Positions 27,561 through 42,420 of a stretch of DNA of 64,000 nt are shown one piece after another; position 1 is the first letter of the stretch, and every line of letters begins with the position of its first letter. The stretch lies in contig NC_043000.1 in the NCBI RefSeq assembly GCF_006345805.1, forward strand, positions 90,396,001 to 90,460,000, written 5' to 3'. Source of the DNA: Octopus sinensis (lineage: Eukaryota). Below the pieces are notes generated by a model that saw nothing but the letters and a program-made list of their open reading frames with translations, made no database searches and had not been told where the DNA came from. A program made the translations under genes and the position numbers.

Positions 27561-28260
27561 CCGTAATAATGAAGGGTGAAATTAATAAATAGCTATAACT
27601 CTTTGACTGCTATTTCTAAATTCGGTATGTGGTAAGGCAATTCGTTGCTAAACCCTTTATTGCTAGTATTACTTAAATTTTCCTAGAATGAGGCTTTTAC
27701 ATGCCGAAGACTACTTGGGGAATTATAATTATTCCAAATTAATAATTTCACCCTTCATTATTCGGATAACCATATTTTATCTCAGTAGATGACCACAGCA
27801 TCTTGTTTTGGCTACACAGCGGGGTGGGAAGGGCTGGTGACACAATCGTTTCACATTCACACTTGAATTTGGTGATACTAGTTGCGGATTCTAGCTCGCT
27901 CTGATACTGAGTTGAGTTGGTGCCTTCTAGTATCTCAAAATTCAATATATAATCATTTATGATTATGTATTCTCCGCTGAAGAGAAAAGAAGTTTTTGGT
28001 AAGATAGAATTATTTGATATTTAATTCTTATGCTTTCCTAAAAACTTGATTTCGAAACGTACGGTCCGTAGATAACTTAAAATTGTATGATAGATTGCCG
28101 CAATTCATTCTTCTCTTACCTGTTTGTGTCTGCCTTCCAATTGCTGTTTTTATAGATCTCCCTTTTTAGTAGAAGAAATAGCTAATAACTCTTTGACTGC
28201 TATTTCTAAATTCGGTATGTGGTAAGGCAATTCGTTGCTAAACCCTTTATTGCTTAGTAT
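27561..28260 (+). mobile_element. Non-autonomous PLE-like insert in a TA tract, with an ~80-bp direct repeat and a short inverted 5' end
   Basis: Direct repeat 27588-27668 / 28178-28260; 27561-27586 is inverted relative to ~27742-27766; absent from the right arm; carries an HHR. Confidence 0.65.
27974..28064 (+). ncRNA. Type-I hammerhead ribozyme with ~70-nt stem II
   Basis: ccg CUGAAGA [gaaa..aaguuuu..gaauua / uaauuc..aaaacuu..uuuc hairpin] GAAAC GUA cgg. Confidence 0.7.
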
Positions 28261-28618
28261 ATATATATATATATATATACATATACATACACACATATAC
28301 ATGCATACACATATACACACATGTATATATACACACACGACCACACATACATATACACACAAAAAAATAAAAAAATATATACCCATATATACACATAAGT
28401 ACACACATGCGTAAAAGTATACATATATCTATGCTTACACATACACACACACACACGCGCCTCCTTATATTCATACTTACATGCATACTAAAAAAATAAA
28501 TAATAAAATATATATACGCGCAGTTTTTCATACATGCATACTCAAAAAATAAAAAAAAAATATTAAGTATATGTACGTGCTGTTACCTATTATACAGACG
28601 GATACATACATATAAACT

Positions 28619-28695
<77 letters not shown>

Positions 28696-28959
28696 CATAC
28701 TTACACATATGTACATATACATACACACATAGATAACTCTACGTACCTACATATACATAAACACACGAGCGTACACGTATATGTACATATACACATACAC
28801 ATACACACACATATATATATATACATACATACATATACATACACACATAATACATATATATATATATTTATATATATTTATATATATACAGACATACACA
28901 CATATATACATACATATACATACACACATACACTACACACACTATATATATACACATAA

Positions 28960-28996
<37 letters not shown>

Positions 28997-29339
28997 TAGA
29001 TATATATATATATACACATACATACATACACATACATATACATATACACACATACACACACACATACATATATACACACACACACATACACACACATATA
29101 TATATATATATATACACATATATATATATATACACATATATATACATATATATATATACATGTGTCCAAACATACATACATACTCATACACGCACACACA
29201 CTTACATATACATGTATACACACACTTACACACATATATACATACATATATACATACATACATACATACATGTATGTATACATATATATATTCACACATA
29301 CACATATATATATATATACACATACATATACATTTACAC

Positions 29340-29373
<34 letters not shown>

Positions 29374-29843
29374 ATATATATACACATACATATACACACA
29401 CATATATATATATATACATATATATATATACACACACCTACACATATACACATATATACATATATACATACATATACACACATACACACACACACACATA
29501 TATACATACATACACATACACATACATATATATATATATATATATACATACACATACACATGCACATACGTATAACTCTACATACCCACATATACATATA
29601 TATATATATATATACACACACATACACATACATACATATATGTATATATACACACACATATATATACCCATCTACAATCTGTATCTACACACACATATAC
29701 ATGCACATACACATAACTCTACATACCTACATATACATCGACATACTCGCGTACACTTATATATATATATATATACATATACACACACACACATACATAT
29801 ACATATATATATATATATATAAATACATATATACACAACACAC

Positions 29844-29880
<37 letters not shown>

Positions 29881-29919
29881 ACACACACACACATACACAT
29901 ACATATATAATATTATATA

Positions 29920-29992
<73 letters not shown>

Positions 29993-30177
29993 TATATCAA
30001 CAATTGAGGGTAAAGTTAATTAGTTATTAATCAATTTCACCAAGTATTCAGTATGTAAAAGGACCATTATTTTTTTGAGTAAACAATGTCTGAGAGAAAA
30101 TATTCTTTAAGTAGTGGAAGAGGCTAAAAAACTTTTTTGGCTGCTATTTCTAGAAAGTTCAGTATGTGGCAAAGTAA

Positions 30178-31216
30178 AACCCCAGGACCACGGATGGGTT
30201 CCGGAAAAATCTTTACACCTTCTTTAAAAACTTAGGCCTTAGGATTACCTTAGAATCCAACTTAACCAAAGCTAACTTCCTTGCGTCACCCTCGACTTAA
30301 AAACCTCACTTTATTACCCGTACCACAAACCAAATGAATCCCTAGATATATAGATATTAATTCCAACCACCCCAAAAATATTAGATAACCTAGTAAAAAG
30401 TGTCTCAATTAGAATTTCTAGCCTGTCCGCCACGGAAGATATCTTTAAGGCCGCAGCCCCCTATTACAACGAGGCCCTGGCTCGCAGTGGCTTTAAAGAT
30501 AAGATTACCTAATACTAGTATATAGCCCCACGCCAACCCAGGAAAAAATAGACGAAGACACATTAGCTGGTACAAACCCCCCCCTTCAACCGTGAGGTCG
30601 CTACACCTGTAGCTAAAATCTTCTTCACTTCCTACAGAAACACTTCCCCACCCAACATAAGTACTACACTATCCTAAATAAAACACTATTAGACTCTCCT
30701 ACTCTACCACGCCCAATCTAGCCAGGAACCTAGCCAACAACAATGTGAAAAAAACTTAATATATTACTTTTTCCGAGGCCCATCCAACGTCCGATAGCAA
30801 TTGCAACTGCCCTGATAAAACCACCTGCCCCCTCAAAAACAACTGCCTACAGAGGGACCTAGTATATACATGCGAGGTAAGATCAGGCCCTGACGATAAA
30901 AGAAAATCCTACATCGGAATGACGTCAAACAGCTTAAGACCCGTTGGTACGCACCACACACTCGTTCCGGCGACAGGATAATCCAACCAAACTACCCTCG
31001 CCGCCCACATCTGGTACCTTAAAAGGAACTCCATCCCCTTCAAGACCAAGTGGAAACTACTACAGAAGGCGCGTTCGTACACAGGAGGCCATACCTGCTG
31101 TGACCTTGCTTTCGGAGAGCCTAGAGATCTTGTTCGCCAAGGCCCTCTCCTTAACAAGATCTCAGAACACTCCCCAAATTGCATGCATAAGAATTATGCA
31201 AACTACAAGAACTATA
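30178..31216 (+). pseudogene. Penelope-like element (Neptune clade): RT C-terminus/thumb, Cys linker and GIY-YIG endonuclease, frameshifted
   Basis: FKNLGLRITLESNLTKANFL(D)VTLDL..YYPYHKPN..INSNHP; WY.PPFN; CNCPDKTTCPLKNNCLQRDLVYTCEV..KSYIGMT. Confidence 0.9.
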
Positions 31217-31575
31217 GACCTACCCGGCAACCAGATTGATGACACCCCAACCCACAAACCCCCCCATCCCACCGTTCCCTAGCACCCCCCGATTACCCTT
31301 TTCTCCTAAGACCTTTCACATATTGTATGTGCACGCTTGTATATGTGTATCGTATATATGTATAGAATGTATGGTATAGTAGGAATATACGCATGTATTA
31401 TTAGTGTGTGTGTGTGTGTATGTATGTAAAAAAATATATATTGTATGTGCGTGTGTGTGTGTGTGTGTGTGTATGTTATATGTATATATGTGTGTATGCA
31501 TATGTATGTGTATATTATGTGTGTGTATGTTGTATGTATGTATAAAAATTATATAATTAGGCTTAGTAAAATAAA

Positions 31576-31769
31576 TTACTTGGCCACATACTGAACTTTC
31601 TAGAAATAGCAGCCCAAAAAGTTTTTTAGCCTCTTCCACTACTTAAAGAATATTTTCTCTCAGACATTGTTTACTCAAAAAATAATGGTCCTTTTACATA
31701 CTGAATACTTGGTGAAAACTGATTAATACCTAATTAACTTTACCTCAATTGTTGATATATGTATATGTG

Positions 31770-31801
<32 letters not shown>

Positions 31802-32153
31802 CTATATATATAATATACAAGTGGATTTTTTTGTAAGTAAAATTACATTTAATTCATTAATAGCGAAACAATTGTCCCAAAATAATCTGTATTTTTGTTA
31901 TTTTTTATTTGCCCTGTCCGTGTGAGCTAACAATCGTACTGACTTTCATGGGAAACATGTATTTTTGGGTTGAAACCTTTTGGATTAACTGGTGCTAGAG
32001 TGAGCCATATAGTGACCACTCTCTTATATTTATTTTGTAAAAATATTATAATATATTATAAAATATTATTAATCCAGGTTCTCGGAGCACTAGGCCACTT
32101 GGTGTTGAATAGATATACTATTAATTAGTATCTAATTCTCTCACCCTTATTAA

Positions 32154-32205
<52 letters not shown>

Positions 32206-32744
32206 TATATAATATATATATATATAATATTTATATATATATATATGGTATGTGTATGTGGTGGTGTGTGTTATATATATATATATATGTGTGTGTATAT
32301 ATGTATTTAGATATATATATATATATATGTATATGTATGTGTGTGTGTATATGTATATATATATATATATATATAAGTGTACGCGAGTATGTCGATGTAT
32401 ATGTAGGTATGTAGAGTTATGTGTATGTGCATGTATATGTGTGTGTAGATACAGACTGTAGATGGATATATATATGTGTGTGTATATATACATATATGTA
32501 TGTATGTGTATGTGTGTGTATATATATATATATATATATGTATATGTGGGTATGTAGAGTTATACGTATGTGCATGTGTATGTGTATGTATATATATATA
32601 TATGTATGTGTATGTGTATGTATGTATATATATGTGTGTGTGTGTGTGTATGTGTGTATATGTATGTATATATGTATATATGTGTATATGTGTAGGTGTG
32701 TGTATATATATATGTATATATATATGTGTGTGTATATGTATGTG

Positions 32745-32777
<33 letters not shown>

Positions 32778-33141
32778 GTGTAAATGTATATGTATGTGTA
32801 TATATATATATATATAATATATATATGTGTATGTGTGAATATATATATGTATACATATATGTATGTATGTATGTATGTATATATGTATGTATATATGTGT
32901 GTAAGTGTGTGTATACATGTATATGTAAGTGTGTGTGCGTGTATGAGTATGTATGTATGTTTGCACACATGTATATATATATATATATATGTATATATAT
33001 GTGTATATATATATATATATGTGTATATATATATATATATATGTGTATGTGTGTGTGTGTATATATATGTATGTGTGTGTGTGTATGTGTGTATATGTAT
33101 ATGTATGTGTATGTATGTATGTGTATATATATATATATATA

Positions 33142-33184
<43 letters not shown>

Positions 33185-33227
33185 ATATATATATGTGTGT
33201 GTATGTGTATGTGTGTGTATGTATATG

Positions 33228-33259
<32 letters not shown>

Positions 33260-33441
33260 TAAATATATATAAATATATATATATATGTATATATGTGTGT
33301 ATGTATATGTATGTATGTATATATATATATGTGTGTGTATGTGTATGTGTATATGTACATATACGTGTACGCTCGTGTGTTTATGTATATGTAGGTACGT
33401 AGAGTTATCTATGTGTGTATGTATATGTACATATGTGTAAG

Positions 33442-33502
<61 letters not shown>

Positions 33503-34834
33503 AAGTTTATATGTATGTATCCGTCTGTATAATAGGTAACAGCACGTACATATTCTTAATATTTTTTATTTATTTTTTGAGTATGCATGTAAGTATGAAT
33601 ATAAGGAGGCGCGCGTGTGTGTGTGTATGTGTAAGCATAGATATATGTATACTTTTACGCATGTGTGTACTTATGTGTATATATGGGTATATATTTTTTT
33701 ATTTTTTTGTGTGTATATGTATGTGTGGTCGTGTGTGTATATATACATGTGTGTATATGTGTATGCATGTATATGTGTGTATGTATATGTATATATATAT
33801 ATAGATATATATATATATATATAGGTATGTGTAGGTATATGTATGTATATGTATGTGTATATATATGTATATGTGTGTGTATGTATGTGTGTATGTATAT
33901 GTGTGTGTGTGTGTATATATATGTATACATATGTGTATAGGTATAAGTGAAAATCTCCTTATTTACCTAAAACTCTATTCTTTTATATATTTTTTTATTC
34001 TTTTATTTATTCTTTTATCTAATTTACCACTGACTCCTTGACCACTCTCCCAAGTATGATATTTTGCGCTATACCTACCCCCAAAAAGTCCCCCCCCACC
34101 CACCCCTTTAAACCTACCTAAATGTATAAATGCCAATACAATTCTTGTTAACTAGCTTCCTGAAGATTTCTCTTGAATGAAACAGTTCTAGTCCTGTAGA
34201 AGCTCCTTCTATATAATAAATTAATTTTACTCTGCTATGTATTGAGTACCTTATTACTTACTGTGGTTAACCCCGAATCAACCCGGGACCTACATATCCT
34301 AGCACACCCCAGTGCCCTTATAACCATCACCAAGAAAAATGCTGACAAGAATCGACCTCGACACTTCCCTGAAGAACATTACTATCCACCAAGGAAACAG
34401 TACCAAAAAGCCCTCATTAGACGGACTGATGAGTTCATCAAAAGAATTCGATGGAGATCGTTCTTCTTCGACCATCCTGAGGTAGCATCTACCAATAATG
34501 ATAAGTACGGCTTCAAATCAAATAAGGCCCCTCCTACCAACAGCCTACTTGAACCGTTTGAAGAAGACCTCTTCCTCATGATAAAAAACATCAAATTCAG
34601 GAGAGTCAACCTACCTTTCCAAACGGAACTGAATGAGAAACTTTCGAAAATGAAAAGCTCCCAGAACCTCCATGTCCCTTCGGACAAGACAAAAAAAAAT
34701 ATTTACGCGGTGACTCCGGATACCTACAACAGACTAGCTGATAACGCCATCACAGCTAAGTACAAGAAAGTAGACGGCACAGCGCTAACTGAAACCAACT
34801 TAGCCGGGAAAGAGATTGCCACCTCCCTTAAAAT
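31576..34834 (+). repeat. Right arm of inverted repeat (PLE pLTR with ~1.8 kb TA/CA microsatellite, HHR and ORF start)
   Basis: Reverse complement of 26549-30177. Has its own insert at ~31812-32160, with a half HHR GAAAC AATT GTC at 31865-31876. Confidence 0.9.
34154..34204 (+). ncRNA. Type-I hammerhead ribozyme upstream of the PLE ORF
   Basis: Canonical CUGAAGA/GAAA core; 6-bp stem I (agcuuc/gaagcu); stem III ACAG/CUGU; GUA triplet; stem II is weak. Confidence 0.75.
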
Positions 34835-34897
34835 CGATGACCGAACTGAACCCCTGAGGGTGAAGTCCCCACACTTCACCCTGAAAGACCACAAAGA

Positions 34898-34900
<3 letters not shown>
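34339..34900 (+). pseudogene. Neptune PLE ORF N-terminus (truncated by a TA tract)
   Basis: MLTRIDLDTSLKNITI(P)PRKQYQKALIRRTDEFIKRIRW..YGFKS..FEEDL..SDKT..NIY..TLKDHK. The 1-bp frameshift near 34387 is absent from the left-arm copy. Confidence 0.85.
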
Positions 34901-34942
<42 letters not shown>

Positions 34943-35127
34943 GACACATGTGCGTGCGTGTCTATCTATCTATCTATATCTCTATCTATCTATCTATCTA
35001 TCTATCTATCATCTCTATCTATCTATCTATCTATCTTCTCTATCACTATCTATCTATCTATCTATTTTGCAATCTATCTATCTGTATATGTATGTATATA
35101 TGTATGCATGTACACACACAGAGTGAG

Positions 35128-35214
<87 letters not shown>

Positions 35215-35940
35215 GAGTGTATTGTCAGCTGTTTGTGTAAACTTCCTTATCTTTCTGTTTGATTTTTACTTTGTATTAAAGAAGTAATGTGTGTGTGTGT
35301 GTGCTGTGTGTATAAGGTTTTCGTACTCTGCTCTATATGTGTTTATGTGTGTGTCATTGTGCTGTGTGTGTGTGCATCTATGTACCGTCTGTGTGTGCGA
35401 GTGTGCGTGTATGTATATCTGTCTTTAGGATGTGTGTTTGTGTCGTGAATGAGTGTGTGTGTACGTGCTTTGCACTGTTTATGTGTGTGTGTGCGCGCGC
35501 GCGCGCGCGTGCGTGTCTTTGTGCTGTTTATAGGTGCAGCACGATCGACTGGTTCAGGTCGCCTTGCTTTGACGAGTACCCGTGTTCGATTCCGCATAGA
35601 GATATCTGAGACGAGTGTCTTTTATGATAGCTTCGGGTCGGTCGACCTAAGCAATTCGAATGAAACTGGATAGATGGAAACTGCGTGGAATCCCGTCTGA
35701 TGTATTGTACTCACAATTCAAAGGCCCAGCCTTGTCATACGTTGTGTTACACTGATTCTGCATGAGAATTACATCAGTGGAATACTCAACCATCTTCACG
35801 CTAATTAAATAAGTTGGTAGTTAGTTCAGTTGATTGAACAACTGGATACTCATCGTCGAAACTGAAGGAGATCCAATTTGATTTATGCTAAATGTGTGTT
35901 TGTGTGTATATGCGTTTGTTTTTTTGTTTGTGTGTGTGTG

Positions 35941-36010
<70 letters not shown>

Positions 36011-36384
36011 TGTGTGTGTGGTGGAGAACTGCCAAAATTTTAATTATTGGTTGACTGAAGTAACATAAATGACAACCACAGATTCTGTATATGCTTCAAC
36101 ACACGAACTCATATAAAGAATCTTGTAAACCAAATCAAAAACTAAATAGGATAAAATCCGAATGCAAGGAAACTAGTGGGCTCGGTCTGTGTGCGGAGAA
36201 AGACAATCATATAAAGTTTGAAAGTTAGGTAAAGTTTATTTGTAATGAGGAAATTGTGAAATATAACATTTAGCTACTTTGTGAATTAGTAGAAATCTAT
36301 ACGCTATAATAACTAAGCAATACATCCAGCCAATATGGAAGAGAATTATAAAGAGGCGATTACTCTTTTTACTCTTTTACTCTT

Positions 36385-36781
36385 TTACTTGTTTCAGTCA
36401 TTTGACTGCGGCCATGCTGGAGCACCACCTTTAGTCGAGCAAATCGACCCCGGGACTTATTCTTTGTAAGCCCAGTACTTATTATATCGGTCTCTTTTGC
36501 CGAACCGCTAGATGACGGGGACGTAAACACACCAGCATCGGTTGTCAAGCAATGCTAGGGGGACAAACACACACACACAAACACACACACATATATATAC
36601 ATATATATACATATATACGACAGGCTTCTTTCAGTTTCCGTCTACCAAATCCACTCACAAGGCATTGGTCGGCCCGGGGCTATAGCAGAAGACACTTGCC
36701 CAAGATGCCACGCAGTGGGACTGAACCCGGAACCATGTGGTTGGTTAGCAAGCTACTTACCACACAGCCACTCCTGCGCCT
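36385..36781 (-). mobile_element. SINE family A, full length
   Basis: Head AGGCGCAGGAGTGGCTGTGTGGTAAG, B box GGTTCAGTCCC, (AAAAGAGT)n tail. Confidence 0.9.
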
Positions 36782-37220
36782 ATTGTCTAACAATTTTCTA
36801 AAAGACAGACATAAATTAAACACATTTAGAAAAAGAAAATGGATGAATACAGTCAACAGATTTTAGATTTATTGCAACATCTCCGCCATATTATCGGTAG
36901 AATGAAAGGAAACAGGTTAACCACAGCTAATCTTCGTTGCTATAATAGAAACGATTCTTTATTTTCAGTTCAGAGTTGTTATCATAAAGCTTAACAGTGG
37001 ATTTATAGCGAGTAAATTCTTGATCTTAATGATTGTGCTTATGTCCATCCATCCATCCATCCATCCATCCATCCATCCATCCATCCATCCATCCATCCAT
37101 CCATGCGCCCGCCCGTCCGTCCGTTCGTCTGTCCATATATACAGATGTTCATACACAGCTACGAACATACGTACATACTTAACGTCATCATAGACGAATA
37201 GATATGATTACAGAGATGGA

Positions 37221-37322
<102 letters not shown>

Positions 37323-37331
37323 ATCTGTCTG

Positions 37332-37362
<31 letters not shown>

Positions 37363-37506
37363 TTAAACATATACGTGTAAGCGCATAAATGCAAAACAAG
37401 ATGGAAAAAAATAATTTTCGAATGCCAGCTTAAAGTTTCATGGTCTCCAAGGTCGAGCCCATCTCGTCAGCTATCTTTAGAAGAGTGATGTGATTTGAAA
37501 CAAATT

Positions 37507-37561
37507 CAAGATGGCTTCCAGATGTCCAGGTCAAGTCACGTGGTGGTACTGGTCCGGAAGT
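37507..37561. promoter_or_regulatory. Compact YY1-like / E-box / ETS motif cluster
   Basis: caagatggc 37507, gtcacgtg 37535 and ccggaagt 37554 within 55 bp. Confidence 0.35.
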
Positions 37562-37579
37562 AACATCCTATGTATATAA

Positions 37580-37630
<51 letters not shown>

Positions 37631-37884
37631 TGTGTGCGCGTATACATATATTCTCGTTTATATTTTAAGCAATGTTCTATCTGCAATCTAACATTATTTT
37701 CAACAACTATTACACTAGAACTTATCCTTTTTCTTTAAGGAACATTAAAACAATAACAAGCCAAACGAAAAGTAAAATAAAATAAAATTAAATAAAAGTA
37801 TCCTTAAGCGAATTTGCTTTCTCTGTATCTGGGAAAACAGCAGCACTTACAAAGAATTTGAAGTGAGAGCCATGAGATAATAAT

Positions 37885-39350
37885 AATGGTGTCAAAATTT
37901 GGTACAAGATTAATCATTTTTGGGAATGGGGTTAGGCGGTTGCATCGACCCATTACTTCACTGATATTATAATTTATTGACCCCAGAAGAATGAAAGGCA
38001 AAATTGACTCCTGTAGAAAAGTCACTAACCATTTTGTCCGATGCGCGAGTGATTCTGCCAACACACTGCGATTTTGCCAGCACGCTAGCGATCCTGCCAG
38101 CACGCTGCCTTAATAATTGCTTTTTTTTTCTATAGGCATATGACCTGAAATTTGGAAGGAAGGGCTCTAGTCGATTACATTGGGTCCAGCACTCGACTGG
38201 TACCCCGAAAGGATGAAAGACAAAATCAACCTTGGTGAAATTTGAACTCAGAACGTAAAGACGGACGAAATGCCGCTAAGCTTTTCGTTTAGCCAGCTCG
38301 CTACCCTAATAATGGTTTCAAATTTTGGTACAAGGCCTACAATTTCGGAGGAGAGGGTAAGTCGGTTAGATCGACCCCTGAACTCCACTGGTACATATTT
38401 TATCGATCCGAAAAGATGAAAGGCAAAATCGATCTCAGCGGGATTTGAACTTAGATCATAAAGACAAAAATGCCGCTAAGCATTTCGTCCAGCGTGATAC
38501 TGATTCTGCCTGCTAGCTGCATTAATAATACTCCTTTCTAACATAGACACAAAGCCTGAAATTTGGGTCTGGGGGATAGTCGATTATATTGACCCCAGTG
38601 TTCAAATGGTACTTAATTTATCGACCCCGAAAGGATGCAAGGCAAAGTCAACCTCGGTAGAATTTGAACTCAGAACGTGAAGACGGACAAAATACCTATT
38701 TCTATTTCTTTACTACCCACAAGGGGCTAAACACAGAGGGGACAAACAAGGACAGACACACGTATTAAGGCGATTACATCGACCCCAGTGCGTAACTGGT
38801 ACTTATTTAATCGACCCCGAAAGGATGATAGGCAAAGTCGACCTTGGCGGAATTTGAACCCAGAACGTAGCGGCAGACGAAATACCTATTTCTTTACTAC
38901 CCACAAGGGGCTAAACACAGAAAGGACAAACAAGGACAGACAAACGGATAAAGTCGATTATATCGACCCCAGTGCGTAACTGGTACTTAATTTATCGACC
39001 CCCGAAAGGATGAAAGGCAAAGTCGACCTCGGCGGAATTTGAACTGAGAACGTAGCGACAGACGAAATACTGCTGAGCATTTCACCCGGCGTGCTAACGT
39101 TTCTGCCAGCTCGCCGCTTTCGCCGCATTAATAATAATAACAATTATTACCTCGACGTAATGCCAGCAATTTTAGGGGAGGCAGCAAATCGCTTACATCG
39201 ATTTCCAATACTTGACTGGTGCTTTATTTTATCAATCACTAAAAGATGAAAGGCAAAGTTGACTTCGTCCGGAATTTGGATTCAGAATATAAAGAACCGG
39301 GAGAAAATGCCGCTCAGCAAGTTGTCCGATATCCTAACGATTCTACCAAT
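37885..39350 (-). mobile_element. Co-oriented cluster of ~7 SINE family B copies, including a head-to-tail trimer (38535-39122)
   Basis: Repeated central domain cgaaaggatgaaaggcaaagtcgacctcggcggaatttgaac; fused junctions at ~38696 and ~38886. Confidence 0.85.
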
Positions 39351-39704
39351 GTTCTAATTTACTTCCTCCTTATATCTTAACCGACTAATGATACATCAAA
39401 CTTAGAAAAAAATAGCTTGTTTTTATTAATATTTTTACTTAGTATATACACGAACAACAATTCAACTACGAAGTCGATAATTAAAGAGTTTGTATAAAAT
39501 TACTTGCATGGTTTGGATAAAAGAGAGAGATATAAAATCGTTAATCTTATGTCTATGTTTATCAGAAAGTTGTAAGATGTAACGTTCTTTTCTTTATTGC
39601 AATATGCCCCCACCCCCACTACACTTCATCCGTCACCCTTGTGGCCAGTTAAGAAAACAAAGAAATGATTATTGTGAAATTAATATTAAAGGTTGGTGGA
39701 GGGT

Positions 39705-40255
39705 TGCGAGCAGGCAGAGTCGTTAACGCGTCGGAGAAAAATGCGTCGCGGCATTGCTTCCGGGTTTTCCGCTCCATGTTCAAATTACACCTTTCGTGGT
39801 CGACAAAATAAGTACCAATTGAACACTGGGATCGATGTAATCGACGTAATTCCAACCCCGAAATTGCTGGCCTGGTGCCAAAATTTGAAACGAATAGTAA
39901 AGGTTGATGGACAAGATGGCCGAAAACTTAGTCCGATAGACAAAATGTGCAGTGGAGTTTCTTCCGGTTTTATGTTCTGAGTTTAAATTACACAGGAATG
40001 GCTATGTGGTAAGTCGCTTGCTCACGAACCACATGGTTCCGGGTTCAGTCCCACTGCGTGGCACCTTGGGCAAGTGTCTTCTACTTCATTAGCACGCCGG
40101 GCAAACTGCTTAGCGACATTTCGTCAGTCTTTACGTTCTGAATTCAAATTTCGCCGAGGTAGATTTGCCTTTTATCATTTCGGGGTCGATAAAATAAGTA
40201 CAGTTGAGTACTGTGGTTGATGTGATCGACTTACCCCTCGCTCGAACTTGCTGGA
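39705..40255 (+). mobile_element. Nested SINE family B and A fragments
   Basis: B copy 39705-39895, A head 39993-40085, B copy 40088-40255. Confidence 0.7.
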
Positions 40256-40956
40256 CCTCTTAGAAACTAGAGGTCCACTTTGTCCTTCATCTTGTTGAGA
40301 TCTATAAAATTTGGTATTTTATATTTTTTCTTCAGATTGTTTTCCTCCTTGTTTGTGGCATCTTGGTATTTTCTTCATTCTGATACACTGCCATCATTCT
40401 TGATAACCTAGATTTCGTTTTACTAAATTCTTTGCACGACTTTCTGATTCCTGTTGTTTTACTGTTTCATGTCTGATATCCTTCATATTTATTCTCCACC
40501 TGTTACTAACGATCAACATCCTGGTTCTCTCTCCGCCTCCTTTCTCTCTTTAAGTCTATCCCTCTGTTTCTCAATCTACTTTTTCTCTTAATTTCTTCCC
40601 AACTCTCTTTCTCACATACAATCAACTCTTCTTTTTGTTACAGAAACTGATACTAATTGATTGATATCTATCTTTACACATATGCAGACATATATACATT
40701 TCAACCCCCTACTCACATATATTCACCCCCCACCCCCACAAAAGGGTGGTTAAAGGTTCCTGGTTTTGGGTAAAAGGAAATACAGGAGGATCAGTCAATT
40801 ATGATTCTCTTCAACATATTCCACACACTCATTGTAGCAGTCCTCTTTTACTAAGCCCTTTAAAAAAACTTGGAAGGTTAGGCCTCCAACCTGGATTTTC
40901 GCGATACTCTTAAAGCCAGCAACTTTTCAGCAACTTTCGTATATATATATATAATT

Positions 40957-41042
<86 letters not shown>

Positions 41043-41064
41043 CATACATACATACATACATACA

Positions 41065-41098
<34 letters not shown>

Positions 41099-41369
41099 CA
41101 TACATATAATCATGCATACATACACTCACACATACACACACACACATATATAATTCTTTCTTGGGAACAGTGGATCTCAAAGCATATCGCAAAAAGGTAT
41201 AAATGATACGATGTAAATATTGGTTTGTAAAACCTTTTGGCTAGAAAAAAATCAAAGGCTACCAGTGGGACTCGAACCCGAAACAAATCAAGACATTACA
41301 GGCATTTTATCTTCGGATTAGAAGATTGCTTTGAGACGAACCATGCAGTCAGTAAACAAAGGTGTCACG

Positions 41370-41640
41370 CAGTGCCACTTCGTGACACTTTGGGCAAGTG
41401 TCTTCTACTTTATGTATATATATATATATATATGCTTGTGTGTCTGTATTTGTAGCCCCAACATCGCTTGACAACCGATGCTGGTGTGTTTACGTCCCCG
41501 TAACTTAGCGGTTCGGCAAAAGAGACCGATAGAATAAGTACTAGGCTTACAAAGAATAAGTCCTGGGGTCGATTTGCTCGACTAAAAAGGTGGTGCTCCA
41601 GCATGGCCACAGTCAAATGACTGAAACAAGTAAAAGAGAG
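41370..41640 (+). mobile_element. SINE family A, 5'-truncated
   Basis: Matches the family A body and tail. Confidence 0.8.
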
Positions 41641-42059
41641 AGTGGGAGTATCAAAATGCTCCAATACGTTTACTTAGGTCGGCACTCGATTCTAAAAGAA
41701 ATAGAATACAACTAATATCGACCAGGAATTTTATTTGTTAAGTATGATATAGATATTTATAAGTACAGTGACTCACGATTTTCGGCTGTTCAAAGATGGA
41801 ATGCATTTAACTTGTTAATTTGTTCTTTTCTAGCGCCACGTCAAGAGTCGTGTAAAATATGAGTGGTTTTCCACGTTGTCCATCACGGATTAAAGTTTAA
41901 CATGCGAAATCAGCTAGGAATAAAGAGTTATTTCCCTTGCTTAAAAGAGTTGGCTCCCTTTAATTAAAATCTGCTTTCGGCTCTAGTTTTAGATTGCGGT
42001 AGATATTAGATTATTTAGAATAATACATAGAGCATATATATATATTATTCTTTTATTCT

Positions 42060-42420
42060 ATAACTAGTTTCAGTTATTTCACTGCGGCCATGCTAGAGCA
42101 TCGCCTTAAGGGGTTTTAGTCGAAGTCGATCCCAGGACTTATTCTTTGTAAGCTTAGTACTTATTCACTTTTGTCGTACCGCTAGGTTACTGGGAGATAA
42201 ACACATCAGCATCGGTTGTCAAGCGAGTGCAGGGGCGGGAGGATAAACACACACAAACACACACACACGCACGCACACACGCGCGCGCGCTTCTTTCAGT
42301 TTCCGTCTATTAAATCCACAAGGCCCGACGCTATAGTAGAAGTCACGTGCGCAAGGTGCCACACAGTGGGGCTGAACTCGAAGCCTTGTGGTTGGGAAAC
42401 AAGCTGCTTAGCCACACCGG
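42060..42420 (-). mobile_element. SINE family A, diverged
   Basis: Matches family A. Confidence 0.75.

Larger units (their letters stand above)
26549..30177 (-). repeat. Left arm of ~8.3 kb inverted repeat (inverted pLTR + 5' ORF of a Neptune PLE)
   Basis: Reverse complement of 31576-34834, including the unique 'islands' within the microsatellite; interrupted by an insert at 27561-28260. Confidence 0.9.

Noticed and set aside
26549-34834. Inverted repeat as a pure long-read fold-back artefact
   Set aside because: Each arm has its own insertion and different microsatellite lengths, and the layout matches known PLE inverted-pLTR structure. It is not fully excluded without reads.
36700-36781. 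tRNA-like sequences (also ~1410-1480 and the family B heads) as true tRNA genes
   Set aside because: They are SINE heads continuous with SINE bodies and do not form a proper cloverleaf.
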